Notes under the pieces: model-generated
What the model saw: only the letters and a program-made list of their open reading frames with translations
Databases searched by the model: none
Told to the model about the DNA's origin: nothing
In this document: piece after piece, positions 49,201 through 60,400 of the stretch
How positions within the stretch are numbered: position 1 is the stretch's first letter
Layout of the letters: every line of letters starts with the position of its first letter
IMG/VR virus record: IMGVR_UViG_3300029374_000001
Location: 32,001-96,000 of that record
From: a virus
DNA: 64,000 nucleotides
Reading direction: 5' to 3' (one strand)
Program-made: the position numbers and the translations under genes

Positions 49201-51144
49201 TTATCTGGCATACTTTTTCTTCAAAGCAATAATCTTATCCATTTGTGTGGGTGTATACTTGTTTCTGGATAAATAGATCAATGCATTTGAATTAATCAAG
49301 GTATCTTTGAATACATTCATAGAGTTATTGAATTTCCCATCATCTCTGGAAATCATCATAGCATTTCTGGGATCAAATACTTCTTGTGCAGACTTCCAAA
49401 ATTCATCATTGACGATATAAATAATATTAAGTGTATCTCCATCGAACGTTGTGGTCAAATAGATTCGCTACATCTACCCAGTTCTCTTATGAACTTCTAT
49501 ATACTTTCATATACAGACCAGACTATATCACATCCATAATTGTATGGAGCCTTGCATTTCGAGTACGCTGTACTCTACACCCCGCGACGGGTTAGTCGTT
49601 GAACCTGTTTGAACAGGTGCTGATTGTCCATTTTCTCATTATACCCTTAGCAAATTAGATATATCTCTTTAATAAGTAAGATTTACATATATCTAACTCT
49701 TGTATTTCAGCATAGGTTATCTTATAAATCGTTTCTACTTTCGTAACCATATAGGTTTTGTAAGCTTTAGGAGTTTCCAGCTTTTAACAAGGTTACTCAC
49801 ACATGTTACCATATATGAGGACTTTTGTATTTTCTAAATACGTTAATCCGCAGCAAATGACGACAATACCTGTAATGGCATACCCATAGTATAATTATCA
49901 TTTATTCCGATACACTTCATAGCTTTGATGGAACCATAATCAATTGTCGGGTTCCTGTTAATAAGTACTGGTATACCACCATCGCTAGTCGCAATGATAT
50001 TTTCAATAATATCTCGGATTCGTTGATCGGGCACAATCTGAGCTTGTTTAAATCTCATATATGCATCATTATACCCAATATTATACGTTCGAACCAAGAT
50101 ATTGATGATTGTTTGTTGTAATAACTCTAAGAGTGTATGATAACTCAATGTGACTTGATTAACTCTTAGGGTTGGATCTGGAACAATAACAGACCGAGAT
50201 GTAAAACTACATCTGCCTCCTATCAGATTTCTTATAATACCTTTCTTACCAGAACAGATATTAACGACTTCTGTGTACAAAGCATTGTATCGATCCTGCA
50301 TATTCCATAGAATAACATTTCTGTATTTAGGAATGTTATACATAGACAACTTATCATTTCTAATCATAGCAGCAATCTTAGCCATCATATTAAAGATCGC
50401 ATTTGTTTCTTCAAAGGTAAATCTGGTTCCTTCTACTTTAAATGGTCGTAAACCTGTAGAATATACTGGTACATTATGAATGAATACTTTTTCTCTATTC
50501 TTCATAATGTCTTTATAGTAGTCTTCTTTCTTACCTTTGAATTTACTATGATAATATTCCATAATCTCATCAAACTTCTGTTCAAATTCAATGAGACCAA
50601 TACCTTTATAGGTATCGTCTAACTTTGTTTTTCTATATTTTCTTTTAGTCTGAGATTGAACTAACTTAGAACTATATTTTTGTATAGGATTTCCATTGGC
50701 ATCCAAATCAATCTCTGGTTGAATGATAGATTCTAATAGCTGTTGCCCTAAATACTTAGATAAAGACTGATAGATATTTGGATGAATGATAGCATACTTT
50801 CCAGTAGGAATCCATCCTGTAATACTGAAGTCTTCTCCAACGAACTTAACTTTAGTTCTACATCTAGGGCAAATCATTCCCTCATTATTTTTGCCCTGTA
50901 ATTCTTTACAATCACAAGAATATCGATCTGCATATGCATCGGGATCTTGTAATGTTTTCATATACTTTTCAGAATAAATCGAGTCGGATCTGGATAACGT
51001 TTTCTTAATATCCAATGGTTCGCTGATAATGAAACCTTTACCAGATTCCATATCTTTTTCTTTTTCTTTGTCTAAATCAATTCTCTCCAATCTTGTTGTA
51101 AATTTACATCCTTCTGGATATTTTACATTTAGATTGATTTCCAT
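49201..51144 (-). CDS. multisubunit RNA polymerase beta-prime subunit, N-terminal portion (split subunit). Two exons, 51144..49846 and 49446..49201, joined across a group I intron
   Basis: N-terminal Zn finger 'CDCKELQGKNNEGMICPRCRTKV'; 'GKKGIIRNLIGGRCSFTSRSVIVPDP' matching '[22 protein letters not shown]'; 'VLINRNPTIDYGSIKAMK'. Exon 1 ends '...FAAD' and exon 2 begins 'FDGDTLNII', restoring the catalytic NADFDGD motif. Confidence 0.75.
49447..49845 (-). ncRNA. group I self-splicing intron (ORF-less) inserted in phase 0 inside the codons of the RNAP catalytic DFDGD motif
   Basis: minus-strand R 'GTTCAACGACTAA' (~49590-49602), S 'GATATAGTCTGG' (~49525), P-like 'GCTGGAAAC'. The 3' ~40 nt 'AGTTCATAAGAGAACTGGGTAGATGTAGCGAATCTATT' are nearly identical to intron 3166..3603. 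The exon U precedes the 5' splice site and the intron ends in G. Confidence 0.75.
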
Positions 51145-51222
51145 CCATACTCCTCCTTTTTGATAAAAATAAAAATGAGAAGACTGTAATTAGCCTTCTC
51201 ATAGCTATAATATATGGTTGAA

Positions 51223-51630
51223 TTAAGAATTGACATTAACAAAGTCAAACCAGAGTTCATTAGAATTTCCAGTATTGTCTTCCTCTTCTGCAATAATGTA
51301 TACAGGGTCATTATTCACACAGTATACACAATCCAAAACAGATGGTTGATCTTCTCTAGGAATATACACGTTAGCATGTTTCTTAAGAGGATCATCAATG
51401 TCAATCTTAATTCCTCTCTTACCAATATTCAATACGACATTATTGTTTACGTCAACCACTCTGATCAAATCATCAGAGACAATAACTTTCGTACCAAATT
51501 TAGAATTAACGACAATATCTTTATTAGATTCGGTTATTATATCTGGAGGGGTTGTACCCTCCAGATCCATCTTTTTATTTTTTATCTGCTGCATTTGGTC
51601 TATCCTTCTTATTGGAATAATGAATATCAA
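51223..51630 (-). CDS. hypothetical protein; likely start at the internal Met (51594) with a GAAGGA RBS
   Basis: ORF. Confidence 0.4.
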   Translation of the reverse strand: MIFIIPIRRIDQMQQIKNKKMDLEGTTPPDIITESNKDIVVNSKFGTKVIVSDDLIRVVDVNNNVVLNIGKRGIKIDIDDPLKKHANVYIPREDQPSVLDCVYCVNNDPVYIIAEEEDNTGNSNELWFDFVNVNS

Positions 51631-51811
51631 TATCTACCAAATCAGTTCCTTTTCTTTTAGAAACTGTGACTTCTGCGCCTTTATAAATGTCTTTCAGTGC
51701 AGATACAAGGGAATCTGTTATAGACTCCTCATTTTGTTTTTTGCCATTCCCAATCTCCTTAGTTACGGGTGTTTCAGGAATAGTAATTACGTCTTTTTTC
51801 TTATTCATCAT
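51575..51811 (-). CDS. small basic protein (78 aa)
   Basis: ORF. Confidence 0.35.
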   Translation of the reverse strand: MMNKKKDVITIPETPVTKEIGNGKKQNEESITDSLVSALKDIYKGAEVTVSKRKGTDLVDIDIHYSNKKDRPNAADKK

Positions 51812-52223
51812 AATTCTCCTTTAAATATTCTTCAAATAATGCTTGATCTTGGAAGCATTCGTCAGGCATCTTTTTAAAGATTTCTGGTACTGGAATATCT
51901 AATACTACATCTGAAGTGATACAGCTTCGAATGCTGATATGATCTTTATCGGAATATGGATCATATTCTGCATAGTAATAGCTTCCTTTATAATAAAATT
52001 GAGTATAATAATTCTCGGGATTAGAATAGAAATCATAAGCAAAACTCTTAAAATCTGTTTGAACTGAATTGGAATCTACCAAATCATGCTTCTTATTATA
52101 CTCTTCTACATATTCGTTAAACTTTCTCATATCTGTTAAGATATCATGTGGAATTGTTTTAAGTTCTTTTGGGGCTTTAATGGTACAAACAACTTCATGG
52201 TGTCCATCTTCGCAAATATCCAA
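51801..52223 (-). CDS. hypothetical protein (140 aa)
   Basis: ORF. Confidence 0.4.
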   Translation of the reverse strand: MDICEDGHHEVVCTIKAPKELKTIPHDILTDMRKFNEYVEEYNKKHDLVDSNSVQTDFKSFAYDFYSNPENYYTQFYYKGSYYYAEYDPYSDKDHISIRSCITSDVVLDIPVPEIFKKMPDECFQDQALFEEYLKENYDE

Positions 52224-52298
52224 ATAGTTATTATCTTCGTTATTCCAATGAGCGCACCATAGTTTATTATTATACCAATATGCAGTATGGAATCTTCT

Positions 52299-52802
52299 CT
52301 AATCACTAAACCAATTCTTTGCCAATAACTTAATTCCTTCTTCAGGAGTTTTGATCAATGCGTCATTAATATCTGAAATCATATTGATCGATATATTTCT
52401 GAGACTCATTGTATCGTCCATAGAAGTTTGAGTGTCATTGTTAACGATATCCATGGTACAATCATTCATAGATTCAATATCTATTTTATCATCATGAATA
52501 AATACAATTTCATCAAAGTTATCTGTACTAATCCGTATCTTACCATTCTTCTGGATGTTAATTATCTTTCCATCTCCAAAATCTACAGATACACCATCCA
52601 AAACAGGTTCAAACTTATTATTTGTTGTTTTAGGTACATAATCAAGTAAGATGTCTTCAGAATGTTTAGTCTTACCAGATTCAATATAATCATATATCTT
52701 ATGAATAGCTTCATCTTCTGTATCAGCAAAAACCTTATATCTCAAAGGCCTCTCTACCGCATCAACTTTATAAATTTTATTTATTTTGAATTGATCTTCC
52801 AT
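52299..52802 (-). CDS. hypothetical protein (167 aa)
   Basis: ORF. Confidence 0.4.
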   Translation of the reverse strand: MEDQFKINKIYKVDAVERPLRYKVFADTEDEAIHKIYDYIESGKTKHSEDILLDYVPKTTNNKFEPVLDGVSVDFGDGKIINIQKNGKIRISTDNFDEIVFIHDDKIDIESMNDCTMDIVNNDTQTSMDDTMSLRNISINMISDINDALIKTPEEGIKLLAKNWFSD

Positions 52803-53170
52803 TTTTGAATCTCCTTATACTTAGTATCTCCATGCCTATAAATATAATATACGAATGCACACATCATACTTTTAGTAGGAATCTTCATTTGTTTACAAAT
52901 ATCAATGAACTTCTTCTGATCAAGATCTGTATCTAAAGGATTCACCAATACTTTCACTAAATTGACGGGATTATATTTAACAAACGCCTTATAAGATTTA
53001 TAGATTTCATCTATCTCTTCTATTGGTGTTCGGCATACTGCCCGTATAATATCTGTCAATAAAAATCCCGGTTGTCTCTGTATTTTGCCTATATAGATAT
53101 CAATCACTTTATCTAATATATCCATATCTACAGAGACATATTCCGGTATCTTATAAAGATTTCGAAGCAT
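52781..53170 (-). CDS. hypothetical protein (129 aa)
   Basis: ORF. Confidence 0.4.
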   Translation of the reverse strand: MLRNLYKIPEYVSVDMDILDKVIDIYIGKIQRQPGFLLTDIIRAVCRTPIEEIDEIYKSYKAFVKYNPVNLVKVLVNPLDTDLDQKKFIDICKQMKIPTKSMMCAFVYYIYRHGDTKYKEIQKWKINSK

Positions 53171-53745
53171 TATTCACCATCCCCATTAGTTGATTGATTT
53201 GGTTTCTGATGACGCATAGCATTCATTTTCAGCTTAATAAGCTCATTGGTAGTTTCTTTAGATTTCAAAGTATCTACCAAATGAGAAACAGCATTTGAAG
53301 CATCTGCTAATATGCGTTCTGTTGCTGTTTCCGGTTCTTTCTTAGGTAGTTCTTTACCACCGACATCATGCGAAGTAATACGCAAAACCCTATCCGAGAT
53401 TATTTCCCGTCCATCTCCATCTGCTATCGCAATTTCGATATTATCATTTGGAATAATAGCCCATTTCCGATTATAAGGAAGTCTTATAGTCATACGATCA
53501 TCAGAAACAATAGCCTCATAAATAAAGACTTGAATAGTTGGTAAATCAATATGATTCATTTGATCTGCTTTTTCTCTTTGTAAATTTGTGAATAAATCTT
53601 CTGTAACACTAGTTTTATATGGATTTGGAGTATCATTCCAATAATCAATAGCTGCTCTTTTAGCTTCTTCTACTCCAGTTGCGTTTCTTACATTTAAAAC
53701 TTCTCTTGTAGGAATTTTAACTAAACAAGATATAGATATCTCCAT
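53170..53745 (-). CDS. hypothetical protein (191 aa)
   Basis: ORF. Confidence 0.4.
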   Translation of the reverse strand: MEISISCLVKIPTREVLNVRNATGVEEAKRAAIDYWNDTPNPYKTSVTEDLFTNLQREKADQMNHIDLPTIQVFIYEAIVSDDRMTIRLPYNRKWAIIPNDNIEIAIADGDGREIISDRVLRITSHDVGGKELPKKEPETATERILADASNAVSHLVDTLKSKETTNELIKLKMNAMRHQKPNQSTNGDGE

Positions 53746-53747
53746 GA

Positions 53748-54098
53748 TTATTTCTCCTTCTGTTCTAATACATACTTATCTACACTACCATCCGGTTTCT
53801 TAACCAGTACTTTATCCGGCAATATAACTACCTTTGGATCCTCTGCTCCTCCAATAATAGTAGAAGATTCTCCCACTAATAAAATACCATCTATATCCCA
53901 ACCCAAATCAAATACAACATGATCACCCCATTCTTGACCATATTCTACAGAAGCTTTCTTTTTAGCTTCTTCAATATTTTTTGCTTCTACTGTGAATCTA
54001 TGTAATTTAGATTCTGTTACTTCGACTTCATATACTCCATAATATTTGGATTCATATTCTTTTACAGCCTGTTCCATTTCATCATTAATGTTTTCCAT
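53748..54098 (-). CDS. hypothetical protein (116 aa)
   Basis: ORF. Confidence 0.4.
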   Translation of the reverse strand: MENINDEMEQAVKEYESKYYGVYEVEVTESKLHRFTVEAKNIEEAKKKASVEYGQEWGDHVVFDLGWDIDGILLVGESSTIIGGAEDPKVVILPDKVLVKKPDGSVDKYVLEQKEK

Positions 54099-54201
54099 AA
54101 TATTCTCTCCTTTTGTTTAAAACAAATATAAATATATAGATACTACCTATATAATATATAATTTCAATAGAATATATCCATAGCCAATATTGGCTATGGA
54201 T

Positions 54202-54450
54202 CTATCTCTTCATATATGGGAATATTCTATTTCCTATAGCATGATTAAATACATAAGCATATACTTGATCATCTTCTTGTAAAGGAATATTGACTTGTAT
54301 AGCTCTTGGACCTTTCATTAAAAACTCATCGCTATTTAATTTTCGTCCATTTAATTCTACTTCCATAATCCGTATATATTTCTGATGTATATAGGATTGA
54401 TCTATAAAGAATTCATTATTGATTCCTCTGGTTAATCTAAGTCGGTACAT
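54202..54450 (-). CDS. hypothetical protein (82 aa)
   Basis: ORF. Confidence 0.35.
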   Translation of the reverse strand: MYRLRLTRGINNEFFIDQSYIHQKYIRIMEVELNGRKLNSDEFLMKGPRAIQVNIPLQEDDQVYAYVFNHAIGNRIFPYMKR

Positions 54451-55067
54451 GATTTTACCTTTCTATTACTCATTACAATATCACAATTTAATGGAGAAAA
54501 TACTTCTTTGATATTTCTTCTCATAACTCGACAGCGATTGGTATAATTCGGATTGGATAAAATAAATTTCTCAAATTCCAAATAATTATCTTTCCATTCT
54601 TTACACATATCTGATTTAGGAATAGATCGATATAATAACGATACATGTTTATTCTTCCAAATATTATGATGTTTATGAGTTGTGCCATGATGGCATTCAT
54701 TATTATTTCTTTCTTTTTTGGCTTTACGACGCATTTCAGCAATTCTTGTATTTGGATATATGAATCCACATTTAATACATTTAAAGTCATATAGACGGTC
54801 ATTATATGTATTACGTCCGCATTCTCTTATAATCATATATCGATCTTCAATAACTTCTCCTATTCTATTTATACTAGAACGTATTCTATGATTACATTCA
54901 TTAGTGCATTTACAAATATACAGAAGTCTTTTATAAGTACAAATATTTATATACCCACATTTAATGCATCTAAACTTATATATGTTTTCATTAGTTGTTT
55001 GATCTATGGATACTATAGATTCTACCAGATATCTGTTATCAACAATTCCTCCTACATTAATTTCCAT
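54432..55067 (-). CDS. Cys-rich protein with an internally duplicated zinc-ribbon-like unit 'Y(K/D)F(R/K)CIKCG(Y/F)I' (211 aa). Nucleic-acid-binding or nuclease-like candidate
   Basis: two copies of the CxxC...C unit plus His clusters 'ECHHGTTHKHH'. Confidence 0.4.
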   Translation of the reverse strand: MEINVGGIVDNRYLVESIVSIDQTTNENIYKFRCIKCGYINICTYKRLLYICKCTNECNHRIRSSINRIGEVIEDRYMIIRECGRNTYNDRLYDFKCIKCGFIYPNTRIAEMRRKAKKERNNNECHHGTTHKHHNIWKNKHVSLLYRSIPKSDMCKEWKDNYLEFEKFILSNPNYTNRCRVMRRNIKEVFSPLNCDIVMSNRKVKSCTDLD

Positions 55068-55123
55068 TCCACTGTTCCTCCTATTAATTATTTTTAATTA
55101 TATGTATAATATATAATTAAAAG

Positions 55124-55157
55124 TTATAACAGATGTGTTTAAACACATCTGTTATAA
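55124..55157. terminator. hairpin TTATAACAGATGTGTTTAAACACATCTGTTATAA
   Basis: perfect 34-bp palindrome. Confidence 0.5.
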
Positions 55158-55184
55158 TATAAATAATTAATATATGAGTAAACA

Positions 55185-56438
55185 TTATTTTAAATTAAAT
55201 GCTTTATTTATATCTATATCATGTAGCTTAACAGTGGAATCATGAAAGGCCTTTAGGCTCAAAACTTTTAGTGTACTAGCAACCTGAGGTGCGGCTGTTC
55301 CGATGTTCTCATATCCTGCTCTATAAAACAAATTACCAGCACACGCATTACAGATTTGGTTATTGGTGTGATATTCACATAAAGAAGCAAATCTAAACTT
55401 TACTTTCTTATTCAGATATTTATCTAAATTTTCTGAAGTTAGTTCTACTAGTTTGTTTCCTTCTACTATATAAGAATACATCATCATATCCGCATACTGT
55501 TTGGTTAAAGTGATTTCTATTGTTCTTGAAGTCCCACAATCAGAGCCTTTTGGGGCTAGTGTTAAGTGCTGGAAGGCTCTAAGAAATAACTTCTCCCAGT
55601 ATCCACCTTTAGGGGTCTTTTTAGCTCTAGAATAAGGCCCTGCTGCTAATGAACGAGCCATAGCAGAATAATCTTCTTTTGATACGCCATCCATATAGTT
55701 AGATTTAACTACGGTATATCCTTTAGTAGGATCGGGATCTTTCATAGCGCCCTTCATTACAAAGATATTCTTAAAGTTATTAGAGAAAGATCCTTTAGCT
55801 TTAGAGTCATACATATCCATAGATACATCATTCTTTAGTTCTTGTTTAGCATAGTCTAATAATTCTTTCTCTATCTTATCTGCGGCATACATATTCTTCA
55901 TAGGATCAGCTAATTCATCTTTATATTGTTTGAAAAGCTGATCCTTCTTCTTATTGATCTTAGCAGACATATTCAGCATATTTGTAGTAAATCCAGAACA
56001 TAGGATATTACAATATGGCTGGAACTTCTGCTGTCTCATTAAATATCTCTTCAATACTTCTACAGCGATCTTATCTTCCATTAAAGCAAAAGACAACTTC
56101 TTATTTATATCACCCAATACATCATCATCAATTGGTTTATTGATATAATGGAAAAGATCAAACAAGTCTTGTTCTATGAATGTCTTATTCCACCACCATC
56201 TTCCTACTGTGGTAGTAAAAGAATTCTTATTCTTCTTATTTCCAGGACCATAAGAATTTGGTGGAATAGTAATGATATCATAGGTATGAAATCTAGGTTC
56301 TTTTCCATCTAGTGTGCCAAATGTTTCCATCATAGCAGATAGAGATTCTAATTGTAATTGTGATAGATTAAGAAAATAATCAATATCTTCTTTTTTCTTT
56401 ATAATCTTAGGAATTCTGACATTTGTTTTAGTAGCCAT
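55185..56438 (-). CDS. second RNA polymerase beta-prime-like polypeptide (bridge helix through region G/Zn site), paralogous in function to the product of 1..1862
   Basis: 'MKGAMKDPDPTKGYTVVKSNYMDGVSKEDYSAMARSLAAGPYSRAKKTPKGGYWEKLFLRAFQ...GSDCGT' matches '[64 protein letters not shown]...DDCGT'. 'CEYHTNNQICNACAGNLFYRAGYENIGTAAPQVASTLKVLSLKAFH' matches region G. Confidence 0.65.
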   Translation of the reverse strand: MATKTNVRIPKIIKKKEDIDYFLNLSQLQLESLSAMMETFGTLDGKEPRFHTYDIITIPPNSYGPGNKKNKNSFTTTVGRWWWNKTFIEQDLFDLFHYINKPIDDDVLGDINKKLSFALMEDKIAVEVLKRYLMRQQKFQPYCNILCSGFTTNMLNMSAKINKKKDQLFKQYKDELADPMKNMYAADKIEKELLDYAKQELKNDVSMDMYDSKAKGSFSNNFKNIFVMKGAMKDPDPTKGYTVVKSNYMDGVSKEDYSAMARSLAAGPYSRAKKTPKGGYWEKLFLRAFQHLTLAPKGSDCGTSRTIEITLTKQYADMMMYSYIVEGNKLVELTSENLDKYLNKKVKFRFASLCEYHTNNQICNACAGNLFYRAGYENIGTAAPQVASTLKVLSLKAFHDSTVKLHDIDINKAFNLK

Positions 56439-56501
56439 TTAGACATAGTCCTCCTATAATAAATTTCTGATTTATTAATAGAATGTAAATGAACTGAGAA
56501 A

Positions 56502-56533
56502 ATATCCCAGACTCTATATAGAGTCTGGGATAT
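56502..56533. terminator. hairpin ATATCCCAGACTCTATATAGAGTCTGGGATAT
   Basis: perfect 32-bp palindrome. Confidence 0.5.
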
Positions 56534-56562
56534 AATACAATATATTCTGTATTAACTTTTAG

Positions 56563-57462
56563 TTACAAGTAGACTGAATAGCGAACACTGATTGAGAGCC
56601 GAGTATCAATAAGAGGCAAATTAGCCATATTCAATCTTGTTACAGGTCTGATGTTCTCATATGTATACTCTTTAATTCCTCCAGCCAATGTACGTCCTGT
56701 AGCATGAGGATAAGCAACACATAAAGACATAGAGTTTACTCTGGCATCATTCAGTCCCGTACCATAGAAAAAGAAGTCTCTGCAATCGTCTTTAGAGATA
56801 GACATCTGCATAGATACAATCGTTTCTACTTCTGTATCTGTAGACTCCTGTGTAGTATATACATTTGCATCTATAGGAGTACCGTCTGTAAACTGTTGCG
56901 TAAAGGTAGGAACAGAATCAAACTTCTTAAAGTAGTATGCAATACGTCCATCAGAATTGGCATTTTTCTTTCTACCAAAATATGTACCAGCTTTTGTATA
57001 ATCTCTCTGTACAGCTGTCAAATCAGAATCGGCTGTAGTAAACCGGAAGGGAATAATACCACCGTATGTATCATCATAGTCTGGTTTAATCCAGGATGCA
57101 TAACGAGCCGCAAAGACCTGCGAGTTTTCTCTACCGCATCCATCGGTTCCTACACAGAAGAGATACACTTTTTCAGGAGTTTTAGATACATTAGAAGGTT
57201 GTTCATCATCTAACGCTAAAGCTGAATTGTAAGTAGGAGTTTTTTCAGGTTCATCAATATCAAACAAAGCTCTGGCAATAAATCCACCGCCAACCAATGT
57301 CATGATGTTATGCTGTCTAAAGAGTTCTTCTCCTGTATCGGTATAATAGGCTACCACTTCTGTTTTAAATTTAGAATGGGTAGCCAATTTATCTTTAATT
57401 ATAGACGATATATCTTCATTAGATATACCCACTTTATCAGAAAGATGTATAAGTTTATTCAT
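56563..57462 (-). CDS. hypothetical protein (299 aa), probable virion protein
   Basis: ORF upstream of the giant LRR fibre gene. Confidence 0.4.
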   Translation of the reverse strand: MNKLIHLSDKVGISNEDISSIIKDKLATHSKFKTEVVAYYTDTGEELFRQHNIMTLVGGGFIARALFDIDEPEKTPTYNSALALDDEQPSNVSKTPEKVYLFCVGTDGCGRENSQVFAARYASWIKPDYDDTYGGIIPFRFTTADSDLTAVQRDYTKAGTYFGRKKNANSDGRIAYYFKKFDSVPTFTQQFTDGTPIDANVYTTQESTDTEVETIVSMQMSISKDDCRDFFFYGTGLNDARVNSMSLCVAYPHATGRTLAGGIKEYTYENIRPVTRLNMANLPLIDTRLSISVRYSVYL

Positions 57463-57491
57463 TATTATATAAATCTCCTTTCAGAAATTGA

Positions 57492-60400
57492 TCAGGTCCT
57501 ATATACAGCATATAGAGAAACATCCAGAATTCCATTATTAATCATAATCATAAAGAATCCAGAAGCTTCTACTTGCGCCGGTGTATAATCAACCGCATTA
57601 TTGAATGTCCATCCAAAGAAATGCTTTCCGGCTGGAGCATCCGTAACCGATGGAATGGGTGAAGATAATAATAACGTTCCATTTTTATCAAATGCAATTC
57701 TACCAATAGTTTCTCCATGATTATTTATGAATTTGCAATATCCTTTTATTTTGCTTTGTACAGATACCGTACCATCTCCAGGTCTATTGATTGTATAATA
57801 CTCCATAGGTTCTATTTTAGAAGCATGATTTAACCAATGGGGTTCTGTTTGATACTGTAGAACAAGATCATTAGGAACTAATATCTTGCATGTAGCCGGA
57901 ATATGCGATTCGTCTGATGTTAAATTAAATTTAAAGATTGTGGATTCTATAATCAAATATTTTAATGAAATACATCCGTCAAATATATGATTAGTCAATG
58001 CCAATTTTGTCAGTGTATCAAAACTGCCAATATCTATAACTTTTATAGAAGAGCAACGATTAAATAATTCATAAGCCATATCATCTATTATAATATTCCA
58101 TTTGCTTAAATCGATAGATGTTAATTTTTCACAACCTTCAAACAAATTTTCAATTCTTTTTGCATTTGTAGTAGAATTCCAAGCTGGTAGATTGACTTTA
58201 ACCAAATTTTTGCATTTTTTAAATAAGTATGCAATACTTATTAATTTATCGCCGATATTCCATGATGATAAATCTAATGATGTAACCGATTCGCATCCAC
58301 TAAATACTCCATTAGCGCTAATAAGTTCATTTGTATTAACCATTTTTAAAATAGGATTAATGACAGACGAAGATAACAATTTACAATTATAAAATGTATA
58401 ATCCATACCTGTAACTTTAATTGAATTTAACGAGTTTGGAATATCTATAGATGTTAATTTTATACATCCACTAAATGTGCTCTCAAAATAAACAGTAAAT
58501 GTACTCGGTATAATTGGTAATTTAGCGGATACTAATTCAATGCAATCGGAGAACGAATTATACATATCTATATGCGATACCAATCCAATATGGGATATAT
58601 CTATATTTGTTAATTTATAACAATCTTTAAATATATGTGATAAATCACCATACGTATTACTTAAATTCATCGCATGTATGACATGCACAATTTGATCTGT
58701 TGGAAGATTTTTGCATCCATTAAATAACGTAGCTATCCTGTGCATAGAATTATTATTTCCAAAATTAGATGGTATTTTTATTTCTGTTAAATTTTCATTG
58801 TCTTGAAACATTCCTGAAATTTTAGCAATATTTGTTAAATTTAACATAGATAAATCTATTTTATTTATTTTTTTACAATATCTAAACATACTGTATGCTG
58901 TATTTACATTTTTAGTATTAAAAGACGCAGAAAACTTAATTGACGTAAGATTTTTACACCCCTCAAATAATCCTGAAGTATTTGTTAGCTTATCTGATGT
59001 TGTTATATGAGATAAATCTATCGATTCCAAAGATTCACAATTACCAAACATGCGTTGTATAGTTATAGCATTTGAAAGATTTAACCATGTTAAATCTATA
59101 TTACTCAAATGCGTACAATATGACGCAAAATATGAAAAAATTTCAACATATTTTGTATCTATATTTAATCTAGGAATAGAATTTAATTTTGTATCATATG
59201 ATGTATATTCTAACTCATTCTTAGGATGTGCCGCAAACATACACATCATATTATTAGCCAATAATCCAGAATTCAAATAGGCTAATTTATCCGCTGGAAT
59301 AGTTGTAGCATTTGCATAGTTAAAAATATTATCATATGCCCATCCGCTTAAATTCGCAGTTATATCCTTTAACTTCTTAAATACGACTTCACTATTTGCG
59401 GACGCCATAATCTGAACAGATCGATTATTGACAGGAATCCATTGCATAGGAACACTCGGGGTAGCTTCTATCCAATCATTGCTTATATTATCTGGTTTCT
59501 TATATCGTTCATCTTTAGGAGAAATTGCTACAAATATTTTACCATTACTGGTTATCTTGCAATCAATTCCTTCTGTACTTCCTATAGAATTCATTGTTTC
59601 AACTGCAAGTGTTCCGTCCGGTTTGGTGTATTGTATAGTTAAAATTCCTTGGAAACTATTTAATTTCTTAATTCTAATCGTTTTGGCCAATACAGCAGCA
59701 CTTACTTTAATCTTTACGTTGTCTCTAACGGTATATGTATTATTAGCATTTTTATGAGCACCACTAACTGTTGCGTCTCCTGGGCTATAATTACTAGGAT
59801 CGTCTGTAGATAGCTTATATCTAATAATATCATCATAATAAATATCATTTGGATATAAAGTAGTAATTTCTGTATATATATCAGAAGATGTACCATTACC
59901 ATTAATATTTACATAGAGTTTATTATGAGATTGTAATTCTGCTTCTAATTTGTATTTTCTCTTAGATGCAGGGTCAGATTTTATTGTACACGGTCCAGTA
60001 ATCTTATATGCTTTCTTACCAGCAATTGTAACTTCCGTATAAGATCCTGTGATCTTATATTTCCCAGCTGCCCAAATTTTCTTATCTTTAGGAACTACAG
60101 AGATATAGATAACTTCTTGATATTCAATATCAAAATTATCGGTATATACGACACCATTCTTATCTGTAATTTTGATAAATTGTTTGTCAGCATCCGTATT
60201 GATCAAGGTAATTCGTTCTTTTTCTAAAGTGGCTGGAGTAACAATACATTCCATATCTCCTGCAGAGAATTTAAATCCACCGGGCCCATCGCTATGAGGA
60301 CCAGAATAAGATACTTTACCTACTACATAATGAGCATCCGGAACCAAATCAACTCTAACCAATGTCATACGTGGAATATTGAAGAAATGAATACTTCCAT

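Noticed and set aside
49201-49458. 85-aa ORF with TTG start called as a separate gene
   Set aside because: It is exon 2 of the beta-prime N gene; the FDGD motif continues from the upstream exon. The TTG and the first four codons are intron sequence.
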